Shown here piece by piece: positions 41,886-53,300 of a DNA stretch of 64,000 nucleotides. The notes beneath the pieces are model-generated. The model ran no database searches and was not told the origin of the DNA. It worked only from the letters and a program-made list of their open reading frames with translations. Made by a program: the position numbers and the translations under genes. Each line of letters begins with the position of its first letter. Position 1 is the first letter of the stretch. Origin of the DNA: Sedimentisphaerales bacterium (lineage in GTDB: Bacteria; Planctomycetota; Phycisphaerae; Sedimentisphaerales; SM23-30); NCBI GenBank assembly GCA_963666285.1, contig OY762711.1, one strand, 5' to 3'.

Positions 41886-42695
41886 CTAGGCTTTGAACTT
41901 GCGACGCATAGCAACACCGCCAAGGGAAAGTAAAATAATAGTCGATGGCTCAGGAACAACAATCGCCTGAACTTCAACACAGCTTAACGCATGGTCGTAA
42001 ACACGAACATCATCCATATTACCAATCAATGCTTCTCGCGGCTGCGGCACACCACTAAAGGCGTTTCCACCGCCAAGACGAATATATTCATCATCGATGA
42101 AAGTAGTGTTAACTACCTGATTTCTACCTGCTGACTGAGAAAGCTCATTACCATCTAAGTAAAATTTGATTTCAGAAGTTGTTGTTGAGCCATCAGAATT
42201 TAAATCATCGACAACCATTGCCACATGATACCATTGATTATCTACAAGGTCTTCTTTGGCAAGTGCAAGAGCATTACCACCGGAAACTTCCATCCTTAAC
42301 CTGTTGTCTTCAATGAGCAACCGGAAATACTCCTGGGAAGCATTACCATTACCCCACTCGATCAAAGTATGGCGATATTTATCTTCAGTAAGCTTAAACC
42401 ACATAGCAACAGTTCGGGCGTTACCCCCTAGAACACCTTGAGAATCGGTTAGAATCCAATCATTACCATCAAAAGCAAGTGCAGTATCTCTAACAGAGTC
42501 ATTTATCCAGGTTGGACCTTCTCCGGCACCGGCAGGCAATTCATTTTGCATAAATGCAGCATTACTGTTTCCAGTGCCTGAATCCGACACAGACAAGCCA
42601 CTTGCTTCATTCATTTCCCAATGATGCAGCAAACCTGCATCTGCCGAAAAAGAAACCACTAATAACACTGTCAAAAACAAAATAACTTTCTTCAT
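41886..42695 (-). CDS. LamG-domain PEP-CTERM protein
   Basis: Signal peptide from ATG 42695 (GGAGG RBS); MDDVRVYDHAL; VPEPSTIILLSLGGVAMRRK. Confidence 0.88.
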   Translation of the reverse strand: MKKVILFLTVLLVVSFSADAGLLHHWEMNEASGLSVSDSGTGNSNAAFMQNELPAGAGEGPTWINDSVRDTALAFDGNDWILTDSQGVLGGNARTVAMWFKLTEDKYRHTLIEWGNGNASQEYFRLLIEDNRLRMEVSGGNALALAKEDLVDNQWYHVAMVVDDLNSDGSTTTSEIKFYLDGNELSQSAGRNQVVNTTFIDDEYIRLGGGNAFSGVPQPREALIGNMDDVRVYDHALSCVEVQAIVVPEPSTIILLSLGGVAMRRKFKA

Positions 42696-42827
42696 CTTTT
42701 CCTCCATAGATATTAAATTACATGGCATACAGCCAAAATATAAAACCTATGCTGAGCCGCAAATAAGCAGCCCAGCAAGGTAACATGAAAAAATTGTCAA
42801 AAAAGAATTACTCATAGTAAGCCTGTA

Positions 42828-45002
42828 CTAATTACAAGCTTGCTGCGGATATAGATTACAGCTTAGCCAATCAATTGCAAACTGGGCAAAATCGGCAACA
42901 TTAACCATACAGTTTCCATCAAAATCCATTTCCGGTTGTGTTTTGCATGCAGGCATCCCAACAACTGAATAATAATCCTCGGCAAGAATTTCAAATGGAA
43001 CCGGATAATTCCAGACTTTAACATCATCAATTAAACCACTAAACCGCTCCTGGCCATTTCGATTACAACCAACCTGGAACTGGCCAAAATCTATATCAGA
43101 AACAGAACTTTGAACTTTTACTATTCCATCCAGGTTATAGTAAACTTCAGTAGAAAAACCATCACAAACAACAGTAATATAAACCCAATCTGTCGACGAG
43201 GCAGGTCCAATTAACATGCCCTGGCTTCCCCAGTATCTGTACTGTCTATCAATACTAAAATCAATCTGGAAATCACTGCCGCCATCGTTATTATTGAAGA
43301 TACCAGTATATTGCCCCTGGTTTTCAGTCTCAGCTTTAACCCAAAATGCCAAAGTGTATCCCGCATAGAAAGTTTTAGGTTCAACGGTCTCCGGATCACC
43401 ATCCATATCAATACCTAATGGAGCAGTAAGCCGATCATAGTCACCATTAGATTCTACTACAAATTCAGCCGAATGACTGCCGATGGCACCCGGGATATCG
43501 TCTGATAATGAAGGGAATGTAATATTCGGGTCAGCCGGATCTACCTTAACAGATTCATCTATAGCATCATTGCCATTGTTAGACATATCCATAAATTCTG
43601 ATGTTTCCATGTCCCAATATAAAACCATCCTATTGATAGTAAAATAAGCCGGTTCAGAAGGAACTTCCGTACCGCTGGCATTTGAAACAACACAGTAATA
43701 GTAACATTCATTAGCAACTTCAGGTATTAGAGATAAAACAGGTGTGTCAATACCAACCGGCGAATCATCAGCAGATAACGGATCATTATTGTTATCAATA
43801 GATTTATACCATTGATAATGCGGTGTAGTTAAGCTGCTAACCTCAATAGAAAAAGAGACTTCAGGATCACCTACAAATGCTGAATTATGCTCAGGCTGGC
43901 TAATAATAACAGGAATACTTGGTAAAGAACCAAACGTCCATACCGGGCCTTCGATTGTTGCAGGAGATGTTGGAGCAGAATCATTAACGCTTTCATCTAC
44001 CCTCCAGTAATAATTCTTATCAAATTCAAGAGATAAAGAGTTTGTATTTGAAGACAACTCCTGAGGTACCACATCAATAAAATTAGGTTCATCAACACTA
44101 ATATAGAAATAATGCTTGGTAATGCTTGGGTTAGCCTGAGTTTCGTCAGCAGGATTAACGGCGACATTCCAGCTAAAATCAACACTCACTTTATCACCGT
44201 CAATCACTCCCTGATGAACAGCATTATTGGCCGGACTTGGGGCCCAGGCCTTAACATTCACCAGATTAGCAATTTCCAGATCAGATAAAGCATTGTCATA
44301 AATACGAACATCGTCCATTAAACCAGTCAAAGGCTCACGAGGTAGATCTGATGCCTGGAAGGAATCGCCACCACCAAGACGAACATAATCATTATCTACA
44401 AATGCAGTATTAACCAGCTGATTTGCTCCTCCAGTTTGAGGAACTTCAGCACCATCAAGATAAAATTTAACTTCCGGTGTCCTTACCGCACCGTCATTAT
44501 TAAAATCATCAATAGCTAATGCAACATGATACCACTGGTCTATGACCAATTCCCCGGCAGTAAGAGCTAAAGCATTACCGCCAGCCACTTCAAAACGCAA
44601 CCTGCCATTCTCTATCAAAAAACGGAAATACTGTGAACTGGCAGCATTATTACCCCATTCAACAAGAGTATGACGATTTGATTCCGCTGTCATTTTTACC
44701 CATGCCGAAACCGTTCTTGGGGTACTGTTTAAGACACCCTGAGAATCAGTTAAAATCCAATCATCACCATCAAAGTTTAATGCAGTACCACGAACAGAAT
44801 CACCAGACACCCAGGTCGGACCTTGCCCGGAACTTGAAGCAGGATTTGCCCCCTGCATAAATACCCCGGTATTACCGCCGGTTCCAAAATCAGCAGTGGT
44901 AAACCCGCTGCCCTCGTTCATTTGCCAGTGATTTACCAACTCTGCTTGCAAAGATACTGCCAGGCACAAAAGAGTAGTTGTAAGATATCCCACTAATTTC
45001 AT
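42828..45002 (-). CDS. Secreted LamG-Ig-LamG protein with C-terminal dockerin-like domain
   Basis: Signal peptide; two LamG domains; YQWYK...YYCVVSN; DFDGNCMVNVADFAQFAIDWL. Confidence 0.8.
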   Translation of the reverse strand: MKLVGYLTTTLLCLAVSLQAELVNHWQMNEGSGFTTADFGTGGNTGVFMQGANPASSSGQGPTWVSGDSVRGTALNFDGDDWILTDSQGVLNSTPRTVSAWVKMTAESNRHTLVEWGNNAASSQYFRFLIENGRLRFEVAGGNALALTAGELVIDQWYHVALAIDDFNNDGAVRTPEVKFYLDGAEVPQTGGANQLVNTAFVDNDYVRLGGGDSFQASDLPREPLTGLMDDVRIYDNALSDLEIANLVNVKAWAPSPANNAVHQGVIDGDKVSVDFSWNVAVNPADETQANPSITKHYFYISVDEPNFIDVVPQELSSNTNSLSLEFDKNYYWRVDESVNDSAPTSPATIEGPVWTFGSLPSIPVIISQPEHNSAFVGDPEVSFSIEVSSLTTPHYQWYKSIDNNNDPLSADDSPVGIDTPVLSLIPEVANECYYYCVVSNASGTEVPSEPAYFTINRMVLYWDMETSEFMDMSNNGNDAIDESVKVDPADPNITFPSLSDDIPGAIGSHSAEFVVESNGDYDRLTAPLGIDMDGDPETVEPKTFYAGYTLAFWVKAETENQGQYTGIFNNNDGGSDFQIDFSIDRQYRYWGSQGMLIGPASSTDWVYITVVCDGFSTEVYYNLDGIVKVQSSVSDIDFGQFQVGCNRNGQERFSGLIDDVKVWNYPVPFEILAEDYYSVVGMPACKTQPEMDFDGNCMVNVADFAQFAIDWLSCNLYPQQACN

Positions 45003-45111
45003 TTTTAACCTCCAAAACGTTGAAAAGTATGTTTAACAGTCGAAAATTACATATTTCCGCGCGCACATTCCTTGTATAGGTCGCCGACAAGCCACCAAAA
45101 TCTAAATAGTT

Positions 45112-46749
45112 TTAATTAAAGGCTGAATTATATAATGATTCAATTTGACGGTCGCTTAGCTGACCGGGAAACAAAATAATATCAGAAATCGCTCCATCCA
45201 TACCTTTGATACCATCAAAATCTCCTCCAATTATGAAAGTGCTATAAGGAGCAACAAACTCTGCTTTATCATTTTCAGAAGCACTAACCTTCTGACCATT
45301 TATATACATGTATTTATAGCTAGTATCATTACTTGCACGAACAATGGTAATAAAATACCACTTATTGGTCTCAAGTGTTATGTCACCTCTTGCTGTTTTA
45401 GCTTTATCTGAGTCAATACTATAGGCAAAGTGCTCTAACTTACCTTCCGAATCTATCATATTAACACGCCAATTACCCCCTGAATCCGGACTATCGGCAC
45501 AAATAAACTGAGGTTCAATTGAATTCAGTTTCACCCAATAGCCAATAGTATAGTAGTAATTTTTGTGCTGGGCGAGTGACCGCATATTATTAACCGTAAC
45601 GGCAGGTTGGGAACCAAAAACTCTAAGAGCACTGGACTGTTTATTGCCCGTGAGAACAGGCCCGGAAACAGAATACATCTGCTGGTTGACACTAACATCT
45701 AAAGTTGAGCCAGGAATATTATTTTTAAGTATTGCAGGATGATCACCATCAACTTTGAGATGCATAATAGCACCGAGAGATTTAGCGGTTAAATCAAACC
45801 TGGTTGGCATATCAAAGGCAAAGCTAGTAGTATCAAGCTTGATATTCACAATTTGATCAGATGTTGCCCGGCATGCCTGATTGGCACAAAGTCTTACCGA
45901 ACGTGACGACTCGTTGTCACCTGACGACACTGCCTCCATCTCGATGATGCCGGATTTGACATAAGCCTCAGTAACCTCCATACCATCAGTATATATACCA
46001 AACCTGGTACCAAAATCAGTTATAGATGCAGCAGGCGTATCAACAGTAAACCCTATTGCCTGGTGGGAAACATTAGCAGTAAGCCTGCCCTCGGCGAGAT
46101 ATATTGTATTGCTGGAAAACAGGTTGATCTCTGCCGGAGCTTCAAGAATAAGGTCAACACCTGTATTAAGATGTATCTGGGCAAAACCATTTATAAGTGT
46201 ATACACACCGGGTTTCATATTACGGTTATCATTATCCGGATCGAAAGAATTTTCCCATTGGGCATTTATCTGGTCACTTACATAAGCAACATTTTTATTA
46301 TTGCCGTCAGCGGTAAATCTGAGCCAGAAATCAAGTACAGCAAAAGAGATTAAAATCAGGATAACAGCAGCAGTTGAAAGAGCAAAAGAAATAATATTTG
46401 ACCTGCGACTACGCTGGTCAGACTGGATACTGTCTTTAGTTTTATCTAACTCAACTGCGTTATTTTCTGGAATATCAATAGAAGGAGCCGAAGCCTCATA
46501 CTTAGCCATTTTGTCAAGAATATCAGATTCTTTGACAGCACTTAACTGGAGATATAAGCCAAATTCATGGCTGATAGCCTTATCATTTTTTAAAGCGGCA
46601 CACATAGCAATATATTCATAATAATATTTGCACGCAAGCTCATCTTGAGAAAGAATGTTATCAAGCTCAGATAACTGCTCTTCGGTTATCGTTCCTTCCC
46701 GGACCGCATCGCAAAGATCAAATAAAATTGTATATTTATCATCTTTCAT
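45112..46749 (-). CDS. FecR-like anti-sigma/sensor with C-terminal LamG domain
   Basis: Single TM, GFTVDTP...ITDFGTRFG, WYFITIV...LSDRQIESLY. Confidence 0.82.
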   Translation of the reverse strand: MKDDKYTILFDLCDAVREGTITEEQLSELDNILSQDELACKYYYEYIAMCAALKNDKAISHEFGLYLQLSAVKESDILDKMAKYEASAPSIDIPENNAVELDKTKDSIQSDQRSRRSNIISFALSTAAVILILISFAVLDFWLRFTADGNNKNVAYVSDQINAQWENSFDPDNDNRNMKPGVYTLINGFAQIHLNTGVDLILEAPAEINLFSSNTIYLAEGRLTANVSHQAIGFTVDTPAASITDFGTRFGIYTDGMEVTEAYVKSGIIEMEAVSSGDNESSRSVRLCANQACRATSDQIVNIKLDTTSFAFDMPTRFDLTAKSLGAIMHLKVDGDHPAILKNNIPGSTLDVSVNQQMYSVSGPVLTGNKQSSALRVFGSQPAVTVNNMRSLAQHKNYYYTIGYWVKLNSIEPQFICADSPDSGGNWRVNMIDSEGKLEHFAYSIDSDKAKTARGDITLETNKWYFITIVRASNDTSYKYMYINGQKVSASENDKAEFVAPYSTFIIGGDFDGIKGMDGAISDIILFPGQLSDRQIESLYNSAFN

Positions 46750-46755
46750 ACGTTG

Positions 46756-47289
46756 TCAGTCCCATTCCATCTTTCTACTAACACATTTAAACAATGCTAC
46801 ATGTATTTTTTTATACTCTTTATACAATATGTTTACGCTTTTTTCCGTTCTTCTCGCAATTTTCTGGACAGTCTGCCCATCTTCATACCTGAGAGCGAGC
46901 AGGTTTTTGCTTCTTTGCGAAAGTTTTTCTATACATTTGCGCAGTGCTTCCAATGGTTTTTGAGACTCCTTCGCAGAGACTTCGGCAATATCGCTAAGCT
47001 TTTCCAGAGTTGATGAGGTAAAATACTTTCTCTTTGTCTTATCCTTTTTAATATGAGAAAGAACCTGAAAATGAGCAATTTTAAACGCCCAGGCGAGAAA
47101 ATCGGTGCCTGGAGTGTATTCTTGGAATTTTTCCCAGAGAATAACAGTAGTCTCCTGAAATATATCATCAGCTAAATTCCAATCAGCTACATACGACATA
47201 ATAAAACCGTAAATTCTATGCTGATTCGGTGTTAGCAAGTGAAGAAAGCTTTGTATCAATTCTTGTTTGTAATCTTTGTTATCTACCAT
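46756..47289 (-). CDS. ECF RNA polymerase sigma factor
   Basis: ADDIFQET...WEKFQEYTPGTDFLAW, ALRKCIEKL. Confidence 0.92.
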   Translation of the reverse strand: MVDNKDYKQELIQSFLHLLTPNQHRIYGFIMSYVADWNLADDIFQETTVILWEKFQEYTPGTDFLAWAFKIAHFQVLSHIKKDKTKRKYFTSSTLEKLSDIAEVSAKESQKPLEALRKCIEKLSQRSKNLLALRYEDGQTVQKIARRTEKSVNILYKEYKKIHVALFKCVSRKMEWD

Positions 47290-47476
47290 TTTGGAGCAAT
47301 TAATAATGCATCTTAAAAATTATGATATAAGCATATATCCTCTCATCAAGAATTTCGCCATTTTTTTCAATAAAAATACTAGATTTTCCCTCAAAACTGC
47401 GCACACAGGCATTTTTTAGGGAATATTTTAAATAGAGAAAGCCTCATAAGTTATTTACTTACAAGGCTTTATTAAG

Positions 47477-47521
47477 TACGCCATTTAGGACTCGAACCTA
47501 AAACCCACGGATTAAGAGTCC
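47477..47521 (-). tRNA. 3' fragment of tRNA-Lys(CTT) (att-site duplicate, not an intact tRNA)
   Basis: Minus strand GGA-CTCTTAA-TCCGT-GGGTT-TTAGG-TTCGAGT-CCTAA-ATGGCGT-A; no D-arm or 5' acceptor strand even after removing the IS256. Confidence 0.85.
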
Positions 47522-47529
47522 CAAGCTCG

Positions 47530-48976
47530 GGTAGTGTCAAGAATCTTTCGCACATTTATTAGAGTATCCTTCATCCGGTCTTTTCCCGGTTCTGGATGCC
47601 CCCCTAGGGGGGCGGCGAGTTATCGGTCGCTAGCCAGTTTTTTTATTCATTTTTTGCTCCTTCTCAAGATCGTATAAATGCTCCATATTCAGATATCTTT
47701 TAGTACTCCATTTTGTTCCTGCTATATGTCTTAGCCGGGCAGTGGCTAACATCAAAGCACTATGACCGTCTGGAAAACTACCAACAACTCGGGTACGTCG
47801 CCGAATCTCTTTCATTATACGTTCCAGACCATTATTGGTTCTCAGTCTGCTCCAATGCTCATCAGGGAAGTTATAATAGCTCATAGTCTCCATGTAACCT
47901 TCTTCTACAACTTTGGCAGCTTCTTTCAATTTCATAGAGAGAAGTTTTTCAATTACCTGCCTGGCTTTTTCCTCTGCTGCTTTCTTGTCTTCCTGAGCAT
48001 GGATAGCTTTAAGCATAGCCGCTACCTCACGAACCTTCTGACGTGGAACTTTGCTAAAAACATTACGATACCAATGTACTGTACATCTTTGCCATAGCGA
48101 GTCTGGGTAGTATTGCTCAAGAGACTCTACCAGCCCCATGCACTTATCTGTAACAAACAACCTTACATCTTTAAGCCCTCTGGATTTCAAATGCCTGAGA
48201 AATTGCCCCCATCCTTCCTTGTCTTCTTTGGGACCTTCCCAGCTGCCTAATACCTCTCGGTAACCGTCCTGATCGACTGCTATTGCGACCAGGACTGAAA
48301 CATTGCGAACCTCTCCAGCCCAGCTTCTTTTTAGAACTATCCCATCCAGGTAAACATAAGGGTAATTGCCTTTAAGCTCTCGATTACGCCATTGTTCTAT
48401 CTGACTGTAAACCTTCTTGTTGAGATTGCTGATTGTGCCGGGACTTACCTTTGTTCCCCATAACGTCTGAGTGATATCTTCAACCCTGCGAACAGAAACG
48501 CCTGCAAGATACATTTCTATTAGAGATTCCTCTACGGATGATTCACGACGCTTATAACGCTCAATTATGGCTGTCTCGAATGTGGTCTTACGCAACTTGG
48601 GCATCTTCAAATTGACTTCACCGGCTTGAGTTTGCAACTTACGATCATAGAAACCTGCTCTGGTATCTTTACGAGCTTCGCTACGCTCATATCGTGCAGC
48701 ATTACAAAGCTGGTCAGCCTCGGCATCAAGCATGGTATTCAACGTATCCTCAACGGTGGTACGTACTAGATCTCCAAGCTCATGCTTTACCCGTGCCTCA
48801 TCAATTTTTATGACATTATTCAAGTTCTTGTCATTTCCGGTCGATTGCTCTAACTGTTTCATTTGAAGTCCTTTCTTCTGGTTAATAATAATTTGTTCGT
48901 TACATTACTATCGACCGGATGAAGGACTTCTTTTATCACGTCCAATAAAATTGTGCGAAAAATATTATACGTTATC
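47530..48976 (-). mobile_element. IS256-family element, 1447 bp, 8-bp target duplication
   Basis: IRs GGTAGTGTCAAGAATCTTTCGCACA / TGTGCGAAAAATATTATACGTTATC; CAAGCTCG at 47522-47529 and 48977-48984. Confidence 0.95.
47630..48862 (-). CDS. IS256-family transposase
   Basis: EMYLAGVSVRRV, YVYLDG, WQRCTVH, RTNNGLERIMKEIRRRTRVVGSFP. Confidence 0.96.
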   Translation of the reverse strand: MKQLEQSTGNDKNLNNVIKIDEARVKHELGDLVRTTVEDTLNTMLDAEADQLCNAARYERSEARKDTRAGFYDRKLQTQAGEVNLKMPKLRKTTFETAIIERYKRRESSVEESLIEMYLAGVSVRRVEDITQTLWGTKVSPGTISNLNKKVYSQIEQWRNRELKGNYPYVYLDGIVLKRSWAGEVRNVSVLVAIAVDQDGYREVLGSWEGPKEDKEGWGQFLRHLKSRGLKDVRLFVTDKCMGLVESLEQYYPDSLWQRCTVHWYRNVFSKVPRQKVREVAAMLKAIHAQEDKKAAEEKARQVIEKLLSMKLKEAAKVVEEGYMETMSYYNFPDEHWSRLRTNNGLERIMKEIRRRTRVVGSFPDGHSALMLATARLRHIAGTKWSTKRYLNMEHLYDLEKEQKMNKKTG

Positions 48977-49192
48977 CAAGCTCGCTCTATATCCCCTATA
49001 TTTACAGGCACTTACAAGCCTATTTTGGTGTAAAAATGGCACTTACAGCACAATAACAATACAACACTAACTACAATAACACGGGGTTGACAGTTGCGAT
49101 TGACACCATTTTGACACCGCTTACTATACGTTAAAGTATCAAACGTTTCTCTTTCATTGATAATTAAAGAGAATTGTAATAGATTAAATGCT

Positions 49193-50338
49193 CTATTGAG
49201 ATAGCGTTTCATTTCTTTCTAAATGTCTTAATGTTGAGTTTATTTTTGATTGTAACACTTTTTTTGGGGGAAAACGCTTCTTAAGCATTTCTATAACGCC
49301 AATGTCACCTTTATTTGCTACGCTAGTTTTAACGGCTTTTAATGCCCATTTAATTTCATAATCTTTATTCGATTCTTTAAGTACAGCATGAACTTCCGGC
49401 TTGATATCTTTATATGAATAATAATGAAGACAATAGATACCTTTCTGCCTTAGGGCTAAATTAGACGAATCTTTGATGATGTTTTTTATGATCTTTAAGT
49501 CACCTTTTTGAGGGTAAGTAACCAGATTCAATAATGCACCGATCCGCAAACCATCTTTTTCCTTTGTATCATTAATTACACCATACAAAAACTTTCTGGC
49601 TTTACTATTCTTTTGAGTCCCGAGTATATAAAATGCTTTCTTAGAAATATTCTCATCATCACCCTTCCAGCCTTTATAGCTGCCAATCAATAAAGAACTC
49701 ACATCCGTTCTCTTACCAAGAATACAACCGCTCATAACAGCGTCTTTTAATATTTCATCCGCTTCTTGAGCGTTCATGGTTTCATACATCAGCCCAACAT
49801 ATTTATCACCTTTTTGACTTGCCAGGACATGGTAGCCCAGGGCTTTGACCTTATCAACATCACAGTTCATCGCAATTTTATACCAGAATTGGTCAGAACC
49901 AAATATTTTTTGTTTCATCAACTTATCATACATATCGTCAGGTACATCTGCTGGCAATTCCTCTTGAAACTTCCACAACCTTTCAATCATAAAGACCTGA
50001 ACAATAAATTTCTTTTCCGGGCTGTCCTTTAGAGAAAACGGCGGCTGCCAAATATAATGCCCTGCCCGATCCTGCTGACATTCAGTATTATCCAGCACAG
50101 AAAAAGCCTTAGGGTAATCACTACGCGCTTTTAAGATATACGCTTGCAGCAAAACATCCCAGCTATCTGTCCCAATAGAATTAAGATCATTATTATATTC
50201 AAACTTTCCTTCAGCCAACAAAGCAGAATATAAATCCCCTTTTGTTTTAGCTAACAATTCTATCTGCCCATGATTAGTAGCGAAACAAAAACAACAACAA
50301 ATCAAATTAGCAATAATTATATTTAATATATTCTTCAT
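49193..50338 (-). CDS. Exported hypothetical protein with HEAT-like helical repeats (partner of the PAD gene)
   Basis: Signal-peptide-like N-terminus; repeated LR..A/G-L/I..L helices; starts 26 nt after the PAD gene stop. Confidence 0.65.
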   Translation of the reverse strand: MKNILNIIIANLICCCFCFATNHGQIELLAKTKGDLYSALLAEGKFEYNNDLNSIGTDSWDVLLQAYILKARSDYPKAFSVLDNTECQQDRAGHYIWQPPFSLKDSPEKKFIVQVFMIERLWKFQEELPADVPDDMYDKLMKQKIFGSDQFWYKIAMNCDVDKVKALGYHVLASQKGDKYVGLMYETMNAQEADEILKDAVMSGCILGKRTDVSSLLIGSYKGWKGDDENISKKAFYILGTQKNSKARKFLYGVINDTKEKDGLRIGALLNLVTYPQKGDLKIIKNIIKDSSNLALRQKGIYCLHYYSYKDIKPEVHAVLKESNKDYEIKWALKAVKTSVANKGDIGVIEMLKKRFPPKKVLQSKINSTLRHLERNETLSQ

Positions 50339-50364
50339 TTTTCACCTTTTCAATTATAAAACGT

Positions 50365-53300
50365 TTAGTTTTGTATTTCCGACCACCAGTTTATATTTGT
50401 TGGTATCACTCTTTTGGTATTACCGCCACAATGCACTTCACCGCTTTTTTTATGATAATACCAGTCATCAATAGCTACAACATCAATTGTACCTGGCAAA
50501 TCAGCTTCAAATGTTTCCAGAATTATATCACGTTGCGTTTCAAGAAGCCCGTTACCATTTAAGTCTTCTCCTTGATCAAGAATAAAGTTGCAATTGACAT
50601 CTTCATCAACACTACCAGTAAAATAACAAAAGAATGGATCCGGAGCTATATACGTGTCAATACTTATACCTTTAAAGACCATTCCATTAACTAGACCCGG
50701 AGTAGCCGCAAGTGCTCCTCCTCTATAAAACTCAAAAAGTACCGGTGCAAATATAATATCATTTTCAATGTCAAGGTTGAATATCTCAGCAACTGCGTTA
50801 TATAAGCCATTTTCGCCGGTCAGATATGAAGAACTTATCTGTTCGTTATAAACTTTAAGAGTAACACCATTAGTTGATTTATTAAGAAAACTGCTTACAC
50901 AAGATTCATAATCTTGTATACCATCTCCATCTACATCTTCTACTAGGCTAATTAATTTAGGTACATCTTGCCCATTAATATCATCATGTAAAATATCCAA
51001 TGCCAATTCAGGACTCGCCATCAAAACCTTCCATCCATGGGTTCCGCTTAGGTCAGGGATAATAGTCATAAACTCATCTACATGCCCAACAGAAAGCCAA
51101 TCAGTATCAAACTCAACAGGGCTTTGTATACCTTGCCTGGTCAGAAATGATTTGAGGTTGTCATATATTAAACTACCATAATATATCCTTCCATAAGGAT
51201 AACTGATACCAGAAACGGTACAAGGCGGACTTACTTCAAGATTTCCAAAGGAATTGTATGTACTATGATGGGAATATCCCTCCTCTATTTGTATTTGAAT
51301 ATGACCTTTGTCAACACCTAGAAAACCACTAGGATAATTTGTCACAGGGAAATTTTTCAAATCTCTATCTCGAACAGAATCCAGAATTACGTGCATTGAA
51401 TGATAAGGGGCTTTTTGATAGCATATTTGAAATTGATCTTGAGCCCACCTGTCTGTACTCTCGATAATGTTATCAATTACACTTTCCGGTGTTGCATCAG
51501 GAAATTCAATTAAACAATATTGACCTGATTCAGCACTACTATTCATTGAGACATAACTCTCAGCTACTTCATCCAAATGATGCAATAGTATCAGTGGCGC
51601 AACTTTAATTTTAATTTCATCATAATGAATAACTCTTTCCTCTGAATCAGAAATCGGGTCAACAAGTTCTGCTATCATTGTCAGTTCCCCGGCAAAATGA
51701 GGACCAAGTCCTTCGACTGCCAATTCTTTATCTTGACCATTAATATCATTTAATGAAATACAAGAACTTCCAACGCCACCAATTTCAAATTCAGAATCAT
51801 CAAATCCAGTATTCGTACTTGCATCAAGGCCTAAAATTGCTTCAGCATCAATGCTCCTCTCTGAAAACACTCTAACAATATCACTTGCCTGAGTCCCCTC
51901 TTTAACATTTTCTGGATTAGACAAACGTAATCTTATATGCCAGTCATCTGGTACTGAGTATGACACAAGCGGTATCTTTCTAAGTATTACTTTAGCCATA
52001 TCACTTAAATCGTCTTCCCCATCTATATTTGCATCGAGGCAGTCTTTTCCCAGTGGAATAGTATTAGAGTCAATCACATCTTCTCCTGGTGCTAAGTAAT
52101 CATCATTATCTACATTACATAGAGTGATTATACCCCATTGATTATTTTCTGCCGCTATATTATCATCCTCATCATTATCATTAACATTTCCATCGTGATT
52201 TCCGTCGCCGTCAATATCCACCTTGAGAATGCATAATTCATAATTCAAAAAAGATTCCCAGCCGGTTGCTCCATCGCCGTCAGGATCAATTTCTACTGTT
52301 ATTAGGTCATAATCCGGCACGGTACTTTGCTTAACAGCTTCAACATAAAAAGTCAAACAATTCCCTCCATTGTCAACATTCATATCTGAAACGCTATAAC
52401 CGACATTGGACTTAATATAATCGCCGCCAATATCAGCAGGTGCAATTTTTCGACTTATATCTCCATTTACATTCCACAATCGCATTTTCCCATCTGGCAG
52501 TGTATATATATATTCGTTTCCTGCCAACTTAACCAACTGATCTGGATCTGATTCAGAATAAATAAACTTAATATAAGCAACATCCATATCTATATCATCA
52601 GGTAAATATGCCTGAACTCTTAAAAACTGACCTCCAGCTCCTATTCCATAATTTCTATACTTATCTATACCATCGGCATAATTAGGAATAAGATCTTTAT
52701 CTTCATCAGTATTGTTAACACCAAGGTATTGTACTTGCCATTCATAGGCTCCCATATCAATTGAACCATGTGCTACCCTAGCATTTCCTGCTAAATCTTT
52801 TGGAATACTGGTATAGCTGGAGCCCTGGTTAACACATGGTGAATTACTCATAAGCTCATAATTCGAGTTAACAGAAGAAACAAAAAGTGGATCTTGGTCA
52901 ATATTTCCTCCTCCATCAGTACCATATATAGAATTCCAGCTCCCACCACTCCCGTTACAATTATGAACATTACTGTTTTCAATTAATACATTATTCGAGA
53001 ATGGACGAATTTCAATTGAAGACGAATCTATATAATTCCAAATTATACAATTCCTAATTAGTACGTCTGCTTCATTTCCATAAAAGCAAATATTTGGATA
53101 CCTCTGCGAAATATTATCCACAAATGTGCAGTTATTGATTTCAATATCGTAATTAGAAACTAATGCACTATTGTAATATGCGATATTATTTGTAAATAAG
53201 CAGTTGTTTATAATAACTTTCTCATCTCCTATAGTGCCAGTATTATAAAATTCAACTGCACCAGAATACTTCGCAGCATTATTGTTAAAAATACAGTTTG

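Noticed and set aside
47477..49020. Intact tRNA-Lys interrupted by IS256
   Set aside because: Removing the IS and one target copy does not restore the 5' anticodon stem, D-arm or acceptor strand
50365..52230. Agmatine deiminase / Porphyromonas-type PPAD
   Set aside because: The motifs FGNLEVSPP, WLSVGHVDE and GEVHCG and the PAD_M-like domain match the PADI family instead
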